The position numbers were made by a program, and so were the translations under genes. Below, piece by piece: positions 40,701 through 55,700 of a DNA stretch of 64,000 nt; positions within the stretch are counted from its first letter, which is position 1; each line of letters begins with the position of its first letter. Source of the stretch: Eledone cirrhosa (Eukaryota); assembly GCA_964016885.1 (NCBI GenBank), contig OZ024752.1, positions 23,064,001-23,128,000 of the forward strand, written 5' to 3'. A model generated the notes under the pieces. It was given only the letters and a program-made list of their open reading frames with translations, did no database searches and was not told the DNA's origin.

Positions 40701-43700
40701 CTATGTGACCTTCTAACGACTGTCATTCTATCTGACGTTCTAGCGACTGTCAATCTATCTGATGTTCTAGCGACTGTCATTCTATCTGACGTTCTAACCA
40801 CTGTCATTCTATCTGACGTTCTAGCGACTGTCATTCTATCTAACGTTCTAACGACTGTAATTCTATCTGACTTTCTAACGACTGTCATTCTATCTGACAT
40901 TCTAGCAACTGACATTCTATCTGAAGTTCTAACGACTGTCATTCTATCTGACGTTCTGGCAAATGTCATTTTATCTGATGTTCTAGCGACCGTCATTCTA
41001 TCTGCCGTTCTAAGGACTGTCGTTCTATCTAACGTTCTAGCTATTGTCATTCTATCTGACGTTCTAACGACTGTCATTTTATCAGACGTTCTAACGGCTG
41101 TCATTCTATCTGACGTTCTAACGACTGTCATTCTATCTGACCTTCTAGCAAATGTCATTCTATCTGACGTTCTAACGACTGTCATTGTATCTGACGTTCT
41201 GGCGACTGTCATTCTATCTGACGTTCTAACGCATGTCATTCTATTTGACGTTCTGACGACTGCCATTCTACCTGACGTTCTAACCACTGTCATTCTATCT
41301 GACGTTCTAATGACTGTCATTCTATCTGACATTCTAGCGACTGTCATTCTATCTGAGGTTCTAACGACTGCCATTCTATCTGACGTTCTAACGCCTGTCA
41401 TTCTATCTGACGTTCTAGCGACTGTCATTCTATCTTACGTTCTATCGACTGTCATTCTATCTGATGTTCTAGCGACTGTCATTCTATCTGACGTTCTAAC
41501 CACTGTCATTCTATCTGACGTTCTAGCGACTGTCATTCTATCTGACGTTCTAACGACTGTCATTCTATCTGACATTCTAGCGATTGTCATTCTATCTGAC
41601 GTTCTAACAACTGTCATTCTATCTGACGTTCTAATGACTGTCATTCTATCTGACATTCTAGCAACTGTCATTCTATCTGAAGTTCTAACGACTGTCATTC
41701 TATCTGACGTTCTGGCGACTGTCATTCTATCTGACGTTTTAACCAGTCATTCTATCTGACGTTCTTATGACTGTCATTCTATCTGACGTTCTAGCGACTG
41801 TCAATCTATCTAACGTTCTAGCGATTGTCATTCTATCTGACGTTCTAACGACTGTCATTTTATCAGACGTTCTAACGGCTGTCATTCTATCTGACGTTCT
41901 AACGACTGTCATTCTATTTGACCTTCTAGCAACTCTCATTCTATCTGACGTTCTAACGACTGTCATTCTATCTGACGTTCTGGCGACTGTCATTCTATTT
42001 GACGTTCTAGCGACTGTCATTCTATCTGACGTTCTAACGACTGCCATTTTATCTGACGTTCTGACGCCTGTCATTCTATCTGACGTTCAAGCGACTGTCA
42101 TTCTATCTGACGTTCTAACGACTGTCATTCTATCTGCCGTTCTAGAGACTGTCATTCTATCTGACGTTCTAACAACTGTCATTCTATCTGACGTTCTATC
42201 GGCTGTCATTCTATGTGACCTTCTAACGACTGTCATTCTATCTGACGTTCTAGCGACTGTCATTCTATCTGATGTTCTAGCGACTGTCATTCTATCTGAC
42301 GTTCTAACCACTGTCATTCTATCTGACGTTCTAGCAACTGTCATTCTATCTAACGTTCTAACGACTGTAATTCTATCTGACTTTCTAACGACTGTCATTC
42401 TATCTTACGTTCTAACCAATGTCATTCTATCTGACGTTCTAACGACTGTCATTCTAACTGAAGTTCTAGCGACTGTCATTCTATTTCACGTTCTAACGAC
42501 TGTCATTCTATCTGACATTCTAGCGATTGTCATTCTATCTGACGTTCTAGCTATTGTCATTCTATCTGAGGTTCTAATGACTGTCATTCTATCTGACATT
42601 CTAGCAACTGACATTCTATCTGAAGTTCTAACGACTGTCATTCTATCTGACGTTCTGGCAACTCTCATTTTATCTGACGTTCTAACCACTGTCATTCTAT
42701 CTGACGTTCTAGCGACCGTCATTATATTTGATGTTCTAACGACTGTCATTCTATCTGCCGTTCTAAGGACTGTCGTTCTATCTAACGTTCTAGCAACTGT
42801 CATTCTATCTGACGTTCTGGCGACTGTCATTTTATCTGACGATCTAACGCCTGTCATTCTATTTGACGTTCTAACGACTGTCATTGTATCTGACGTTCTA
42901 ACCACTGTCATTCTATCTGACGTTCTAACGACTGTCATTCTATCTGACATTCTAGCGACTGTCATTCTATCTGACGTTCTAACGACTGCCATTTTATCTG
43001 ACGTTCTAACCAGTCATTCTATCTGGCGTTCTAGCGACTGTCATTCTATCTGACGTTCTAACGACTGTCATTCTGTTTGCTGTTCTAGAGACTGTCATTC
43101 TATCTGACGTTCTAACAACTGTCATTCTATCTGACGTTCTATCGGCTGTCATTTTATATGACCTTCTAACGACTGTCATTCTATCTGACGTTCTAACCAC
43201 TGTCATTCTATCTGAAGTTCTAGCGACTGTCATTCTATTTGATGTTCTAACGACTGTCATTCTATCTGTCGTTCTAACAACTGTCCTTCTATCTTACGTT
43301 CTAACGACTGCCATTCTATCTGATCTTCTAACCAGTCATTCTATCTGACGTTCTAGCGACTGCTATTCCATCTGACGTTCTAACGACTGTCATTCTATCT
43401 GACGTTCTAGCGACTGTCATTCTATCTCACGTTCTAACCACTGTCATTCTATCTGACGTTCTAGTGACTGTCATTCTATCTGAATTTCTAACGTCTGTCA
43501 TTTGATCTGATGTTCCAACGATTGTCATTCTATCTGACAGTCTAACGACTGACATTCTATCTGATGTTCTAACCAGTCATTCTATCTGACGTTCTAGCGA
43601 CTGCCATTCCATCTGACGTTCTAACGACTGTCATTCTATCTGACGTTCTAGCGACTGTCATTCTATCTCACGTTCTAACCACTGTCATTCTATATGACGT

Positions 43701-46700
43701 TCTAGTGACTGTCATTCTATCTGAATTTCTAACGTCTGTCATTTGATCTGATGTTCTAACGACTGTCATTCTATCTGACGTTCTAACGACTGTCATTCTA
43801 TTTGCTGTTCTAGAGACTGTCATTCTATCTGACGTTCTAACAACTGTCATTCTATCTGACGTTCTATCTGCTGTCATTCTATGTGACCTTCTAACGACTG
43901 TCATTCTATCTGACGTTCTAACCACTGTCATTCTATCTGAAGTTCTAGCGACTGTCATTCTATTTGATGTTCTAACGACTGTCATTCTATCTGACGTTCT
44001 AACGACTGCCATTCTATCTGATGTTCTAACCAGTCATTCCATCTGACGTTCTAACGACTGTCATTCTATCTGACGTTTTAGAGACTGTCGTTCTATCTTA
44101 CGTTCTAACAACTGTCATTCTATCTGATGTATAACGACTGTCATTCTATCTGACGTTCTAGCGACTGTCATTCTATCTGACTTTCTAACCACTGTCATTC
44201 TATCTGACGTTCTAGTGACTGTCATTCTATCTGAATTTCTAACGACTGTCATTCTATCTGACGTTCTAACGTCTGTCATTTGATCTGATGTTCTAACGAC
44301 TGTCATTCTATCTGACGTTCTAACGACTGTTATTCTATCTGACGTTCTAGCGTCTGTCATTCTATCTGAGTTCTAACGAGTGTCATTCTATCTGACGTCC
44401 TAGCGACAGTCATTCTATCTGTCGTTCTAACCACTGTCATTCTGACGTTCTAGCGACTGTCATTTTCTCAAACGTTCTAGTGACTGTCATTCTATCTGAC
44501 TTTCTAACGACTGTCATTCTATCTGACATTCTAGCGACTGTCATTCTATCGGACGTTCTCATGACTGTCATTCTATCTGACGTTCTAGCAACTGTCAATC
44601 TCTCTAACGTTCTAGCGATTGTCATTCTATCTGACGTTCTAACGACTATCATTCTATCTGACATTCTAGCGACTGTCATTCTATCTGACGTTCTAACGAC
44701 TGCCATTCTATCTGACATTCTAACGCCTGTCATTCTATCTGACGTTCTAGCGACTGTCATTCTATCTGACGTTCTAACGACTGCCATTCTATCTGACGTT
44801 TTATCGGCTGTCATTCTATGTGACCTTTTAACGACTGTCATTCTATCTGCCGTTCTAACGACTGTCGTTCTATCTGACGTTCTAGCGACTGTCATCCTAT
44901 CTGACGTTCTAACGACTGCCATTCTATCTGACGTTCTAACCAGTCATTCTATCTGACCTTCTAGCGACTGTCATTCCATCTGACGTTCTAGCGACTGTCA
45001 TTCTATCTGATTTTCTAACCACTGTCATTCTATCTGACGTTCTAGCGACTGTCATTCTATTTGATGTTCTATGGATTGTCATTCTATCTGCCGTTTTAGA
45101 GACAGTCATTCTATCTGACGTTCTAACGACTGTCATTCTATCTGCCGTTCTAGAGACTGTCATTCTAGCTGACGTTCTAACAACTGTCATTCTATCTGAC
45201 GTTCTATCGGCTGTCATTCTATGTGACCTTCTAACGACTGTCATTCTATCTGACGTTCTAGCGACTGTCAATCTATCTGATGTTCTAGCGACTGTCATTC
45301 TATCTGACGTTCTAACCACTGTCATTCTATGTGACGTTCTAGCAACTGTCATTCTATCTAACGTTCTAACGACTGTATTTCTATCTGACTTTCTAACGAC
45401 TGTCATTCTATCTTACGTTCAAACCCATGTCATTCTATCTGACGTTCTAACGACTGTCATTCTATTTCACGTTCTAACGACTGTCATTCTATCTGACATT
45501 CTAGCGATTGTCATTCTATCTGACGTTCTAACAACTGTCATTCTATCTGACGTTCTAATGACTGTCATTCTATCTGACATTCTAGCAACTGACATTCTAT
45601 CTGAAGTTCTAACGACTGTCATTCTATCTGACGTTCTGGCAACTGTCATTTTATCTGATGTTCTAGCGACCGTCATTCTATCTGCCGTTCTAAGGACTGT
45701 CGTTCTATCTAACGTTCTAGCTATTGTCATTCTATCTGACGTTCTAACGACTGTCATTTTATCAGACGTTCTAACGACTGTCATTCTCTCTGACCTTCTA
45801 GCAACTGTCATTCTATCTGACGTTCTGGCGACTGTCATTTTATCTGACTATCTAACGCCTGTCATTCTATTTGACGTTCTAACGACTGTCATTCTATCTG
45901 ACATTCTAGCGACTGTCATTCTATCTGACGTTCTAACGACTGCCATTCTATCTGACGTTCTAACCAGTCATTCTATCTGGCGTTCTAGCGACTGTCATTC
46001 TATCTGACGTTCTAACGACTGTCATTCTGTTTGCTGTTCTAGTTATTGTCATTCTATCTGACGTTCTAAAAACTGTCATTCTATCTGACGTTCTATCGGC
46101 TGTCATTCTATATGACCTTCTAACGACTGTCATTCTATCTGACGATCTAACCACTCTCATTCTATCTGAAGTTCTAGCGACTGTCATTCTATCTGACGTT
46201 CTAACGACTGTCCTTCTATCTGACGTTCTAACGACTGCCATTCTATCTGATGTTCTAACCAGTCATTCTATCTGACGTTCTAGCGACTGCTATTCCATCT
46301 GACGTTCTAACGACTGTCATTCTATCTGACGTTCTAGCGACTGTCATTCTATCTCACGTTCTAACCACTGTCATTCTATCTGACGTTCTAGTGACTGTCA
46401 TTCTATCTGAATTTCTAACGTCTGTCATTTGATCTGATGTTCTAACGACTGTCATTCTATCTGACGTTCTAGCGACTGCCATTCCATCTGACTTTCTAAC
46501 GACTGTCATTCTATCTGCCGTTTTAGAGACTGTCGCTCTATCTTACGTTCTAACAACTGTCATTCTATCTGAATTTCTAACGTCTGTCATTTGATCTGAT
46601 GTTCTAACGACTGTCATTCTATCAGACATTCTAACGACTGCCATTCTATCTGATGTTCTAACCAGTCATTCTATCTGACGTTCTAGCGACTGCCATTCCA

Positions 46701-49700
46701 TCTGACGTTCTAACGACTGTCATTCTATCTGACGTTCTAGCGACTGTCATTCTATCTCACGTTCTAACCACTGTCATTCTATATGACGTTCTAGTGACTG
46801 TCATTCTATCTGAATTTCTAACGTCTGTCATTTGATCTGATGTTCTAACGACTGTCATTCTATCTGACGTTCTATCGGTTGTCATTCTATGTGACCTTCT
46901 AACGACTGTCATTCTATCTGACGTTCTAACCACTGTCATTCTATCTGAAGTTCTAGCGACTGTCATTCTATTTGATATTCTAACGACTGTCATTCTATCT
47001 GACGTTCTAACGACTGCCATTCTATCTGATGTTCTAACCAGTCATTCTATCTGACGTTCTAGCGACTGCCATTCCATCTGACGTTCTAACGACTGTCATT
47101 CTATCTGCCGTTTTAGAGACTGTCGTTCTATCTTACGTTCTAACAACTGTCATTCTATCTGATGTTCTAACGACTGTCATTCTATGTGACGTACTAGCGA
47201 CTGTCATTCTATCTGACGTTCTAACCACTGTCATTCTATCTGACGTTCTAGTGACTGTCATTCTATCTGAATTTCTAACGACTGTCATTCTATCTGACGT
47301 TCTAGCGTCTGTCATTCTATCTGAGTTCTAACCACTGTCATTCTGACGTTCTAGCGACTGTCATTTTCTCTAACGTTCTAGTGACTGTCATTCTATCTGA
47401 CGTTCTAGCAACTGTCAATCTATCTAACGTTCTAGCGATTGTCATTCTATGTGACCTTTTAACGACTGTCATTCTATCTGCCGTTCTAACGACTGTCGTT
47501 CTATCTGACGTTCTAGCGACTGTCATTCTATCTGACGTTCTAACGACTGCCATTCTATTTGACGTTCTAACCAGTCATTCTATCTGACCTTCTAGCGACT
47601 GTCATTCCATCTGACGTTCTAGCGACTGTCATTCTATCTGACTTTCTAACCACTGTCATTGTATCTGACGTTCTAGCGACTGTCATTCCATCTGACGTTC
47701 TAGCGATTGTCATTCTATTTGATGTTCTAACGACTGTCATTCTATCTGCCGTTTTAGAGACTGTCATTCTATCTTACGTTCTAACAACTGTCAGTCTATC
47801 TAACGTTCTAACGACTGTCATTCTATCTGATGTTCTAACGACTGTCATTCTATCTGACGTTCTAGTGACTGTCATTCTATCTGAATTTCTAACGACTGTC
47901 ATTCTATCTGACGTTCTAACGTCTGTCATTTGATCTGATGTTCTAACGACTGTCATTCTATCTGACGTTCTAACGACTGTCATTCTATCTGACGTTCTAG
48001 TGACTGTCATTCTATCTGAATTTCTAACGACTGTCAGACTATCTGACGTTCTAGCGACTGTCATTCTATCTGAGTTCTAACGACTGTCATTCTATCTGAC
48101 GTTCTATCGGCTGTCATTCTATGTGACCTTCTAACGACTGTCATTCTATCTGACGTTCTAGCGACTGTCATTCTATCTGATGTTCTAGCGACTGTCATTC
48201 TATCTAACGTTCTAACGACTGTCATTCTATCTTACGTTCTAACCAATGTCATTCTATCTGACGTTCTAACGACTGTCATTCGAACTGAAGTTCTAGCGAC
48301 TGTCATTCTATTTCACGTTCTAACGACTGTCATTCTATCTGACATTATAGCGATTGTCATTCTATCTGACGTTCTAACAACTGTCATTCTATCTGACGTT
48401 CTAATAACTGTCATTCTATCTGACATTCTAGCAACTGACATTCTATCTGAAGTTCTAACGACTGTCATTCTATCTGACGTTCTGGCAACTGTCATTTTAT
48501 CTGACGTTCTAACCACTGTCATTCTATCTGACGTTCTAGCGACTGTCATTTTATCAGACGTTCTAACGGCTGTCATTCTATCTGACGTTCTAACGACTGT
48601 CATTTTATCAGACGTTCTAACGGCTGTCATTCTATCTGACGTTCTAACGACTGTCATTCTATCTGACCTTCTAGCAAATGTCATTCTACCTGACGTTCTA
48701 ACCACTGTCATTCTATCTGACGTTCTAACGACTGTCATTCTATCTGAAGTTCTAGCGACTGTCATTCTATCTGACGTTCTAACGACTGTCCTTCTATCTG
48801 ACGTTCTAACGACTGCCATTCTATCTGATGTTCTAACCAGTCATTCTATCTGACGTTCTAGCGACTGCTATTCCATCTGACGTTCTAACGACTGTCATTC
48901 TATCTGACGTTCTAGCGACTGTCATTCTATCTCACGTTCTAACCACTGTCATTCTATCTGACGTTCTAGTGACTGTCATTCTATCTGAATTTCTAACGTC
49001 TGTCATTTGATCTGATGTTCTAACGACTGTCATTCTATCTGACATTCTAACGACTGCCATTCTATCTGATGTTCTAACCAGTCATTCTATCTGACGTTCT
49101 AGCGACTGCCATTCCATCTGACGTTCTAACGACTGTCATTCTACCTGACTTTCTAGCGGCTGTCATTCTATCTCACGTTCTAACCACTGTCATTCTATAT
49201 GACGTTCTAGTGACTGTCATTCTATCTGAATTTCTAACGTCTGTCATTTGATCTGATGTTCTAACGACTGTCATTCTATCTGACGCTCTAACGACTGTCA
49301 TTCTATTTGCGGTTCTAGAGACTGTCATTCTATGTGACCTTCTAACGACTGTCATTCTATCTGACGTTCTAACCACTGTCATTGTATCTGCAGTTCTAGC
49401 GACTGTCATTCTATTTGATATTCTAACGACTGTCATTCTATCTGACGTTCTAACGACTGCCATTCTATCTGATGTTCTAACCAGTCATTCTATCTGACGT
49501 TCTAGCGACTGCCATTCCATCTGCCGTTCTAACAACTGTCATTCTATCTCCCGTTTTAGAGACTGTCGTTCTATCTGACGTTCTAACGACTGTCATTCTA
49601 TCTGACGTTCTAACGTCTGTCATTTGATCTGATGTTCTAACGCCTGTCATTCTATCTGACGTTCTAACGCCTGTTATTCTATCTGACGTTCTAGCGTCTG

Positions 49701-52700
49701 TCATTCTATCTGAGTTCTAACGACTGTCATTCTATCTCACGTCCTAGCGATAGTCATTCTATCTGTCGTTCTAACCAGTCATTCTATCTGGCGTTCTAGC
49801 GACTGCCATTCTGTTTGCTGTTCTAGAGACTGTCATTCTATCTGACGTTCTAACAACTGTCATTCTATCTGACGTTCTATCGGCTGTCATTCTATATGAC
49901 CTTCTAACGACTGTCATTCTATCTGAAGTTCTAACCACTGTCATTCTATCTGAAGTTCTAGCGACTGTCATTCTATCTGACGTTCTAACGACTGTCCTCC
50001 TATCTGACGTTCTAACGACTGCCATTCTATCTGATGTTCTAACCAGTCATTCTATCTGACGTTCTAGCGACTGCTATTTCATCTGACGTTCTAACGACTG
50101 TCATTCTATCTGACGTTCTAGCGACTGTCATTCTATCTCACGTTCTAACCACTGTCATTCTATCTGACGTTCTAGTGACTGTCATTCTATCTGAATTTCT
50201 AACGTCTGTCATTTGATCTGATGTTCTAACGACTGTCATTCTATCTGACATTCTAACGACTGCCATTCTATCTGATGTTCTAACCAGTCATTCTATCTGA
50301 CGTTCTAGCGACTGCCATTCCATCTGACGTTGTAACGACTGTCATTCTACCTGACGTTCTAGCGGCTGTCATTCTATCTCACGTTCTAACCACTGTCATT
50401 CTATATGACGTTCTAGTGACTGTCATTCTATCTGAATTTCTAACGTCTGTCATTTGATCTGATGTTCTAACGACTGTCATTCTATCTGACGCTCTAACGA
50501 CTGTCATTCTATTTGCGGTTCTAGAGACGGTCATTCTATGTGACCTTCTAACGACTGTCATTCTATCTGAAGTTCTAGCGACTGTCATTCTATTTGATAT
50601 TCTAACGACTGTCATTCTATCTGACGTTCTAACGACTGTCATTCTATCTGACATTCTAGCGACTGTCATTCTATCTGACGTTCTCATGACTGTCATTCTA
50701 TCTGACGTTCTAGCAACTGTCAATCTATCTAACGTTCTAGCGATTGTCATTCTATGTGACCTTTTATCGACTGTTATTCTATCTGCCGTTCTAACGACTG
50801 TCGTTCTATCTGACGTTCTAGCGACTGTCATTCTATCTGACGTTCTAACGACTGCCATTCTATTTGACGTTCTAACCAGTCATTCTATCTGACCTTCTAG
50901 CGACTGTCATTCCATCTGACGTTCTAGCGACTGTCATTCTATCTGACTTTCTAACCACTGTCATTCTATCTGTAGTTGTAGTGACTGTCATTCCATCTGA
51001 CGTTCTAGCGATTGTCATTCTATTTGATGTTCTAACGACTGTCATTCTATCTGCCGTTTTAGAGACTGTCATTCTATCTTACGTTCTAACAACTGTCAGT
51101 CTATCTAACGTTCTAACGACTGTCATTCTATCTGATGTTCTAACGACTGTCATTCTATCTGACGTTCTAGTGACTGTCATTCTATCTGAATTTCTAACGA
51201 CTGTCATTCTATCTGACGTTCTAACGTCTGTCATTTGATCTGATGTTCTAACGACTGTCATTCCATCTGACGTTCTAACGACTGTCATTATATATGACGT
51301 TCTAGTGACTGTCATTCTATCTGAATTTCTAACGACGGTCAGTCTATCTGACGTTCTAGCGACTATCATTCTAAATGAGTTCTAACGACTGTCATTCTAT
51401 CTGACGTCCTAGCGACTGTCATTTTCTCTGACGTTCTAGTGACTGTCATTCTATCTGACGTTCTAACGACTGTCATTTTATCAGACGTTCTAACGGCTGT
51501 CATTCTATCTGACGTTCTAACAGCTGTCATTCTATCTGACCTTCTAGTAAATGTCATTCTACCTGACGTTCTAACCACTGTCATTCTATCTGACGTTCTA
51601 ACGACTGTCATTCTATCTGAAGTTCTAGCGACTGTCATTCTATCTGACGTTCTAACGACTGTTATTCTATCTGACGTTCTAGCGTCTGTTATTCTATCTG
51701 AGTTCTGACGACTGTCATTCTATCTGACGTCTTAGCGATAGTCATTCTATCTGTCGTTCTAACCAGTCATTCTATCTGGCGTTCTAGCGACTGTCATTCT
51801 GTTTGCTGTTCTAGAGACTGTCATTCTATCTGACGTTCTAACAACTGTCATTCTATCTGACGTTCTATCGGCTGTCATTCTATATGACCTTCTAACGACT
51901 GTCATTCTATCTGACGTTCTAACCACTGTCATTCTATCTGAGGTTCTAGCGACTGTCATTCTATCTGACATTCTAGCGACTGTCATTCTATCTGACGTTC
52001 TAACCACTGTCATTCTATCTGACGTTCTAACGACTGTCATTCTATCTGACATTCTAGCGACTGTCATTCTATCTTACGTTCTAGCGACTGTCATTCTATC
52101 TGATGTTCTAGCGACTGTCATTCTATCTGACGTTCTAGCGACTGTCATTCTATCTGACGTTCTAACGACTGTAATTCTATCTGACGTTCTAACGACTGTC
52201 ATTCTTACTGATATTCTAGCGACTGTCATTCTATCTGACGTTTTAACGAATGTCATTCTATCTGACATTCTAGCGATTGTCATTCTATCTGACGTTTTAA
52301 GCACTGTCATTCTATCTGACGTTCTTATGACTGTCATTCTTTATGACGTTCTAGCGACTGTCAATCTATCTAACGTTCTAGCGATTATCATTCTATCTGA
52401 CTTTCTAACCACTGTCATTTTATCAGACGTTCTAACGGCTGTCATTCTATCTGACGTTCTAACGACTGTCATTCTATTTGACCTTCTAGCAACTGTCATT
52501 CTATCTGACGTTCTAACGACTGTCATTCTATCTGACGTTATGGCGACTGTCATTCTATCTGACGTTCTAACACCTGTCATTCTATTTGACGTTCTGACGA
52601 CTGTCATTATATCTGACGTTCTAACGACTGTCATTCTATCTGACGTTCTAACGACTGTCATTCTATTTGACATTCTAGCGACTGTCATTCTATCTTACGT

Positions 52701-55700
52701 TCTAACGACTGCCATTCTATCTGACGTTCTAACGCCTGTCATTCTATCTGACGTTCAAGCGACTGTCATTCTATCTGACGTATTAACGACAGTCATTCTA
52801 TCTGCCGTTCTAGAGACTGTCATTCTATCTGACGTTCTAACAACTGTCATTCTATCTGACGTTCTATCGGCTGTCATTCTATGTGACCTTCTAACGACTG
52901 TCATTCTATCTGACGTTCTAGCGACTGTCATTCTATCTGAGGTTCTAGCACTGTCATTCTATCTGACGTTCTAATCACTGTCATTCTATCTCACGTTCTA
53001 GCGACTGTCATTCTATCTGACGTTCTAACGACTGTAATTCTATCTGACGTTCTAACGACTGTCATTCTATCTTACGTTCTAACCAATGTCATTCTATCTG
53101 ACGTTCTAACGGCTGTCATTCTATCTGAAGTTCTAGCGACGGTCATTCTATTTCACGCTCTAACGACTGTCATTCTATCTGACATTCTAGCGATTGTCAT
53201 TCTATCTGACGTTCTAACAACTGTCATTCTATCTGACATTCTAGCAACTGACATTCTACCTGAAGTTCTAACGACTGTCATTCTATCTGACGTTCTGGCG
53301 ACTTTCATTTTATCTGACGTTCTAACCACTGTCATTCTATTTGACGTTCTAGCGACCGTCATTCTATTTGATGTTCTAACGACTGTCATTCTATCTGCCG
53401 TTCTAAGGACTGTCGTTCTATCTAACGTTCTAGAGATTGTCATACTATCTGACGTTCTAACGACTGTCATTTTATCTGACGATCTAACGCCTGTCATTCT
53501 ATTTGACGTTCTAACGACTGTCATTATATCTGACGTTCTAACCACTGTCATTCTATCTGACGTTCTAACGACTGTCATTCCATCTGACATTCTAGCGACT
53601 GTTATTCTATCTGACGTTCTAACGACTGCCATTCTATCTGACGTTCTAACCAGTCATTCTATCTGACGTTCTAACGACTGCCATTCTATCTGACGTTCTA
53701 ACCAGTCATTATATCTAACGTTCTAATGACTGTCATTCTATCTGAATTTCTAACGACTGTCATTCTATCTGACGTTCTAACGTCTGTCATTTGATCTGAT
53801 GTTCTAACGACTGTCATTCTATCTGACGTTCTATCGACGGTCATTCTATCTGACGTTCTAGTGACTGTCATTCTATCTGAATTTCTAACGACTGTCAGTC
53901 TATCTGACGTTCTAGCGACTGTCATTCTATCTGAGTTCTAACGACTGTCATTCTATCTGACGTCCTAGCGACTGTCATTTTCTCTGACGTTCTAGTGACT
54001 GTCATTCTATCTGACTTTCTAACGACTTTCATTTTATCAGACGTTCTAACGGCTGTCATTCTATCTGACGTTCTAACGACTGTCATTCTATCTGACATTC
54101 TAGCGACTGTCATTCTATCTGACGTTCTAACGACTGCCATTCTATCTGACGTTCTGAAGCCTGTCATTCTATCTGACGTTCTAACCACTGTCATTCTATC
54201 TGACGTTCTAGCGACTGTCATTCTATCTGACGTTCTAACGACTGTAATTCTATCTGACGTTCTAACGACTGTTATTCTTACTGATATTCTAGCGACTGTC
54301 ATTCTATCTGACGTTTTAACGACTGTCATTCTATCTGACATTCTAGCGATTGTCATTCTATCTGACGTTTTAAGCACTGTCATTCTATCTGACGTTCTTA
54401 TGACTGTCATTCTATATGACGTTCTAGCGACTTTCAATCTATCTAACGTTCTAGCGATTGTCATTCTATCTGACTTTCTAACGACTGTCATTTTATCAGA
54501 CGTTCTAACGGCTGTCATTCTATCTGACGTTCTAACGACTGTCATTCTATTTGACCTACTAGCAACTGTCATTCTATCTGACGTTCTAACGACTGTCATT
54601 CTATCTGACGTTATGGCGACTGATATTCTATCTGACGTTCTAATACCTGTCATTCTATTTGACGTTCTGACGACTGTCATTATATCTGACGTTCTGACCA
54701 CTGTCATTCTATCTGACGTTCTAACGACTGTCATTCTATTTGACATTCTAGTGACTGTCATTCTATCTGACGTTCTAACAACTGTCATTCTATCTGACGT
54801 TCTATCGGCTGTCATTCTATGTGACCTTCTAACGACTGTCATTCTATCTGACGTTCTAGCGACTGTCATTCTATCTGAGGTTCTAGCACTGTCATTCTAT
54901 CTGACGTTCTAACCACTGTCATTCTATCTCACGTTCTAGCGACTGTCATTCTATCTGACGTTCTAACGACTGTAATTCTATCTGACGTTCTAACGACTGT
55001 CATTCTATCTTACGTTCTAACCAATGTCATTCTATCTGACGTTCTAACGGCTGTCATTCTATCTGAAGTTCTAGCGACGGTCATTCTATTTCACGCTCTA
55101 ACGACTGTCATTCTATCTGACATTCTAGCGATTGTCATTCTATCTGACGTTCTAACAACTGTCATTCTATCTGACATTCTAGCAACTGACATTCTACCTG
55201 AAGTTCTAACGACTGTCATTCTATCTGACGTTCTGGCGACTTTCATTTTATCTGACGTTCTAACCACTGTCATTCTATTTGATGTTCTAACGACTGTCAT
55301 TCTATCTGCCGTTCTAAGGACTGTCGTTCTATCTAACGTTCTAGCGATTGTCATACTATCTGACGTTCTAACGACTGTCATTTTATCTGACGATCTAACG
55401 CCTGTCATTCTATTTGACGTTCTAACGACTGTCATTATATCTGACGTTCTAACCACTGTCATTCTATCTGACGTTCTAACGACTGTCATTCCATCTGACA
55501 TTCTAGCGACTGTTATTCTATCTGACGTTCTAACGACTGCCATTCTATCTGACGTTCTAACCAGTCATTCTATCTGACGTTCTAACGACTGCCATTCTAT
55601 CTGACGTTCTAACCAGTCATTATATCTAACGTTCTAATGACTGTCATTCTATCTGAATTTCTAACGACTGTCATTCTATCTGACGTTCTAACGTCTGTCA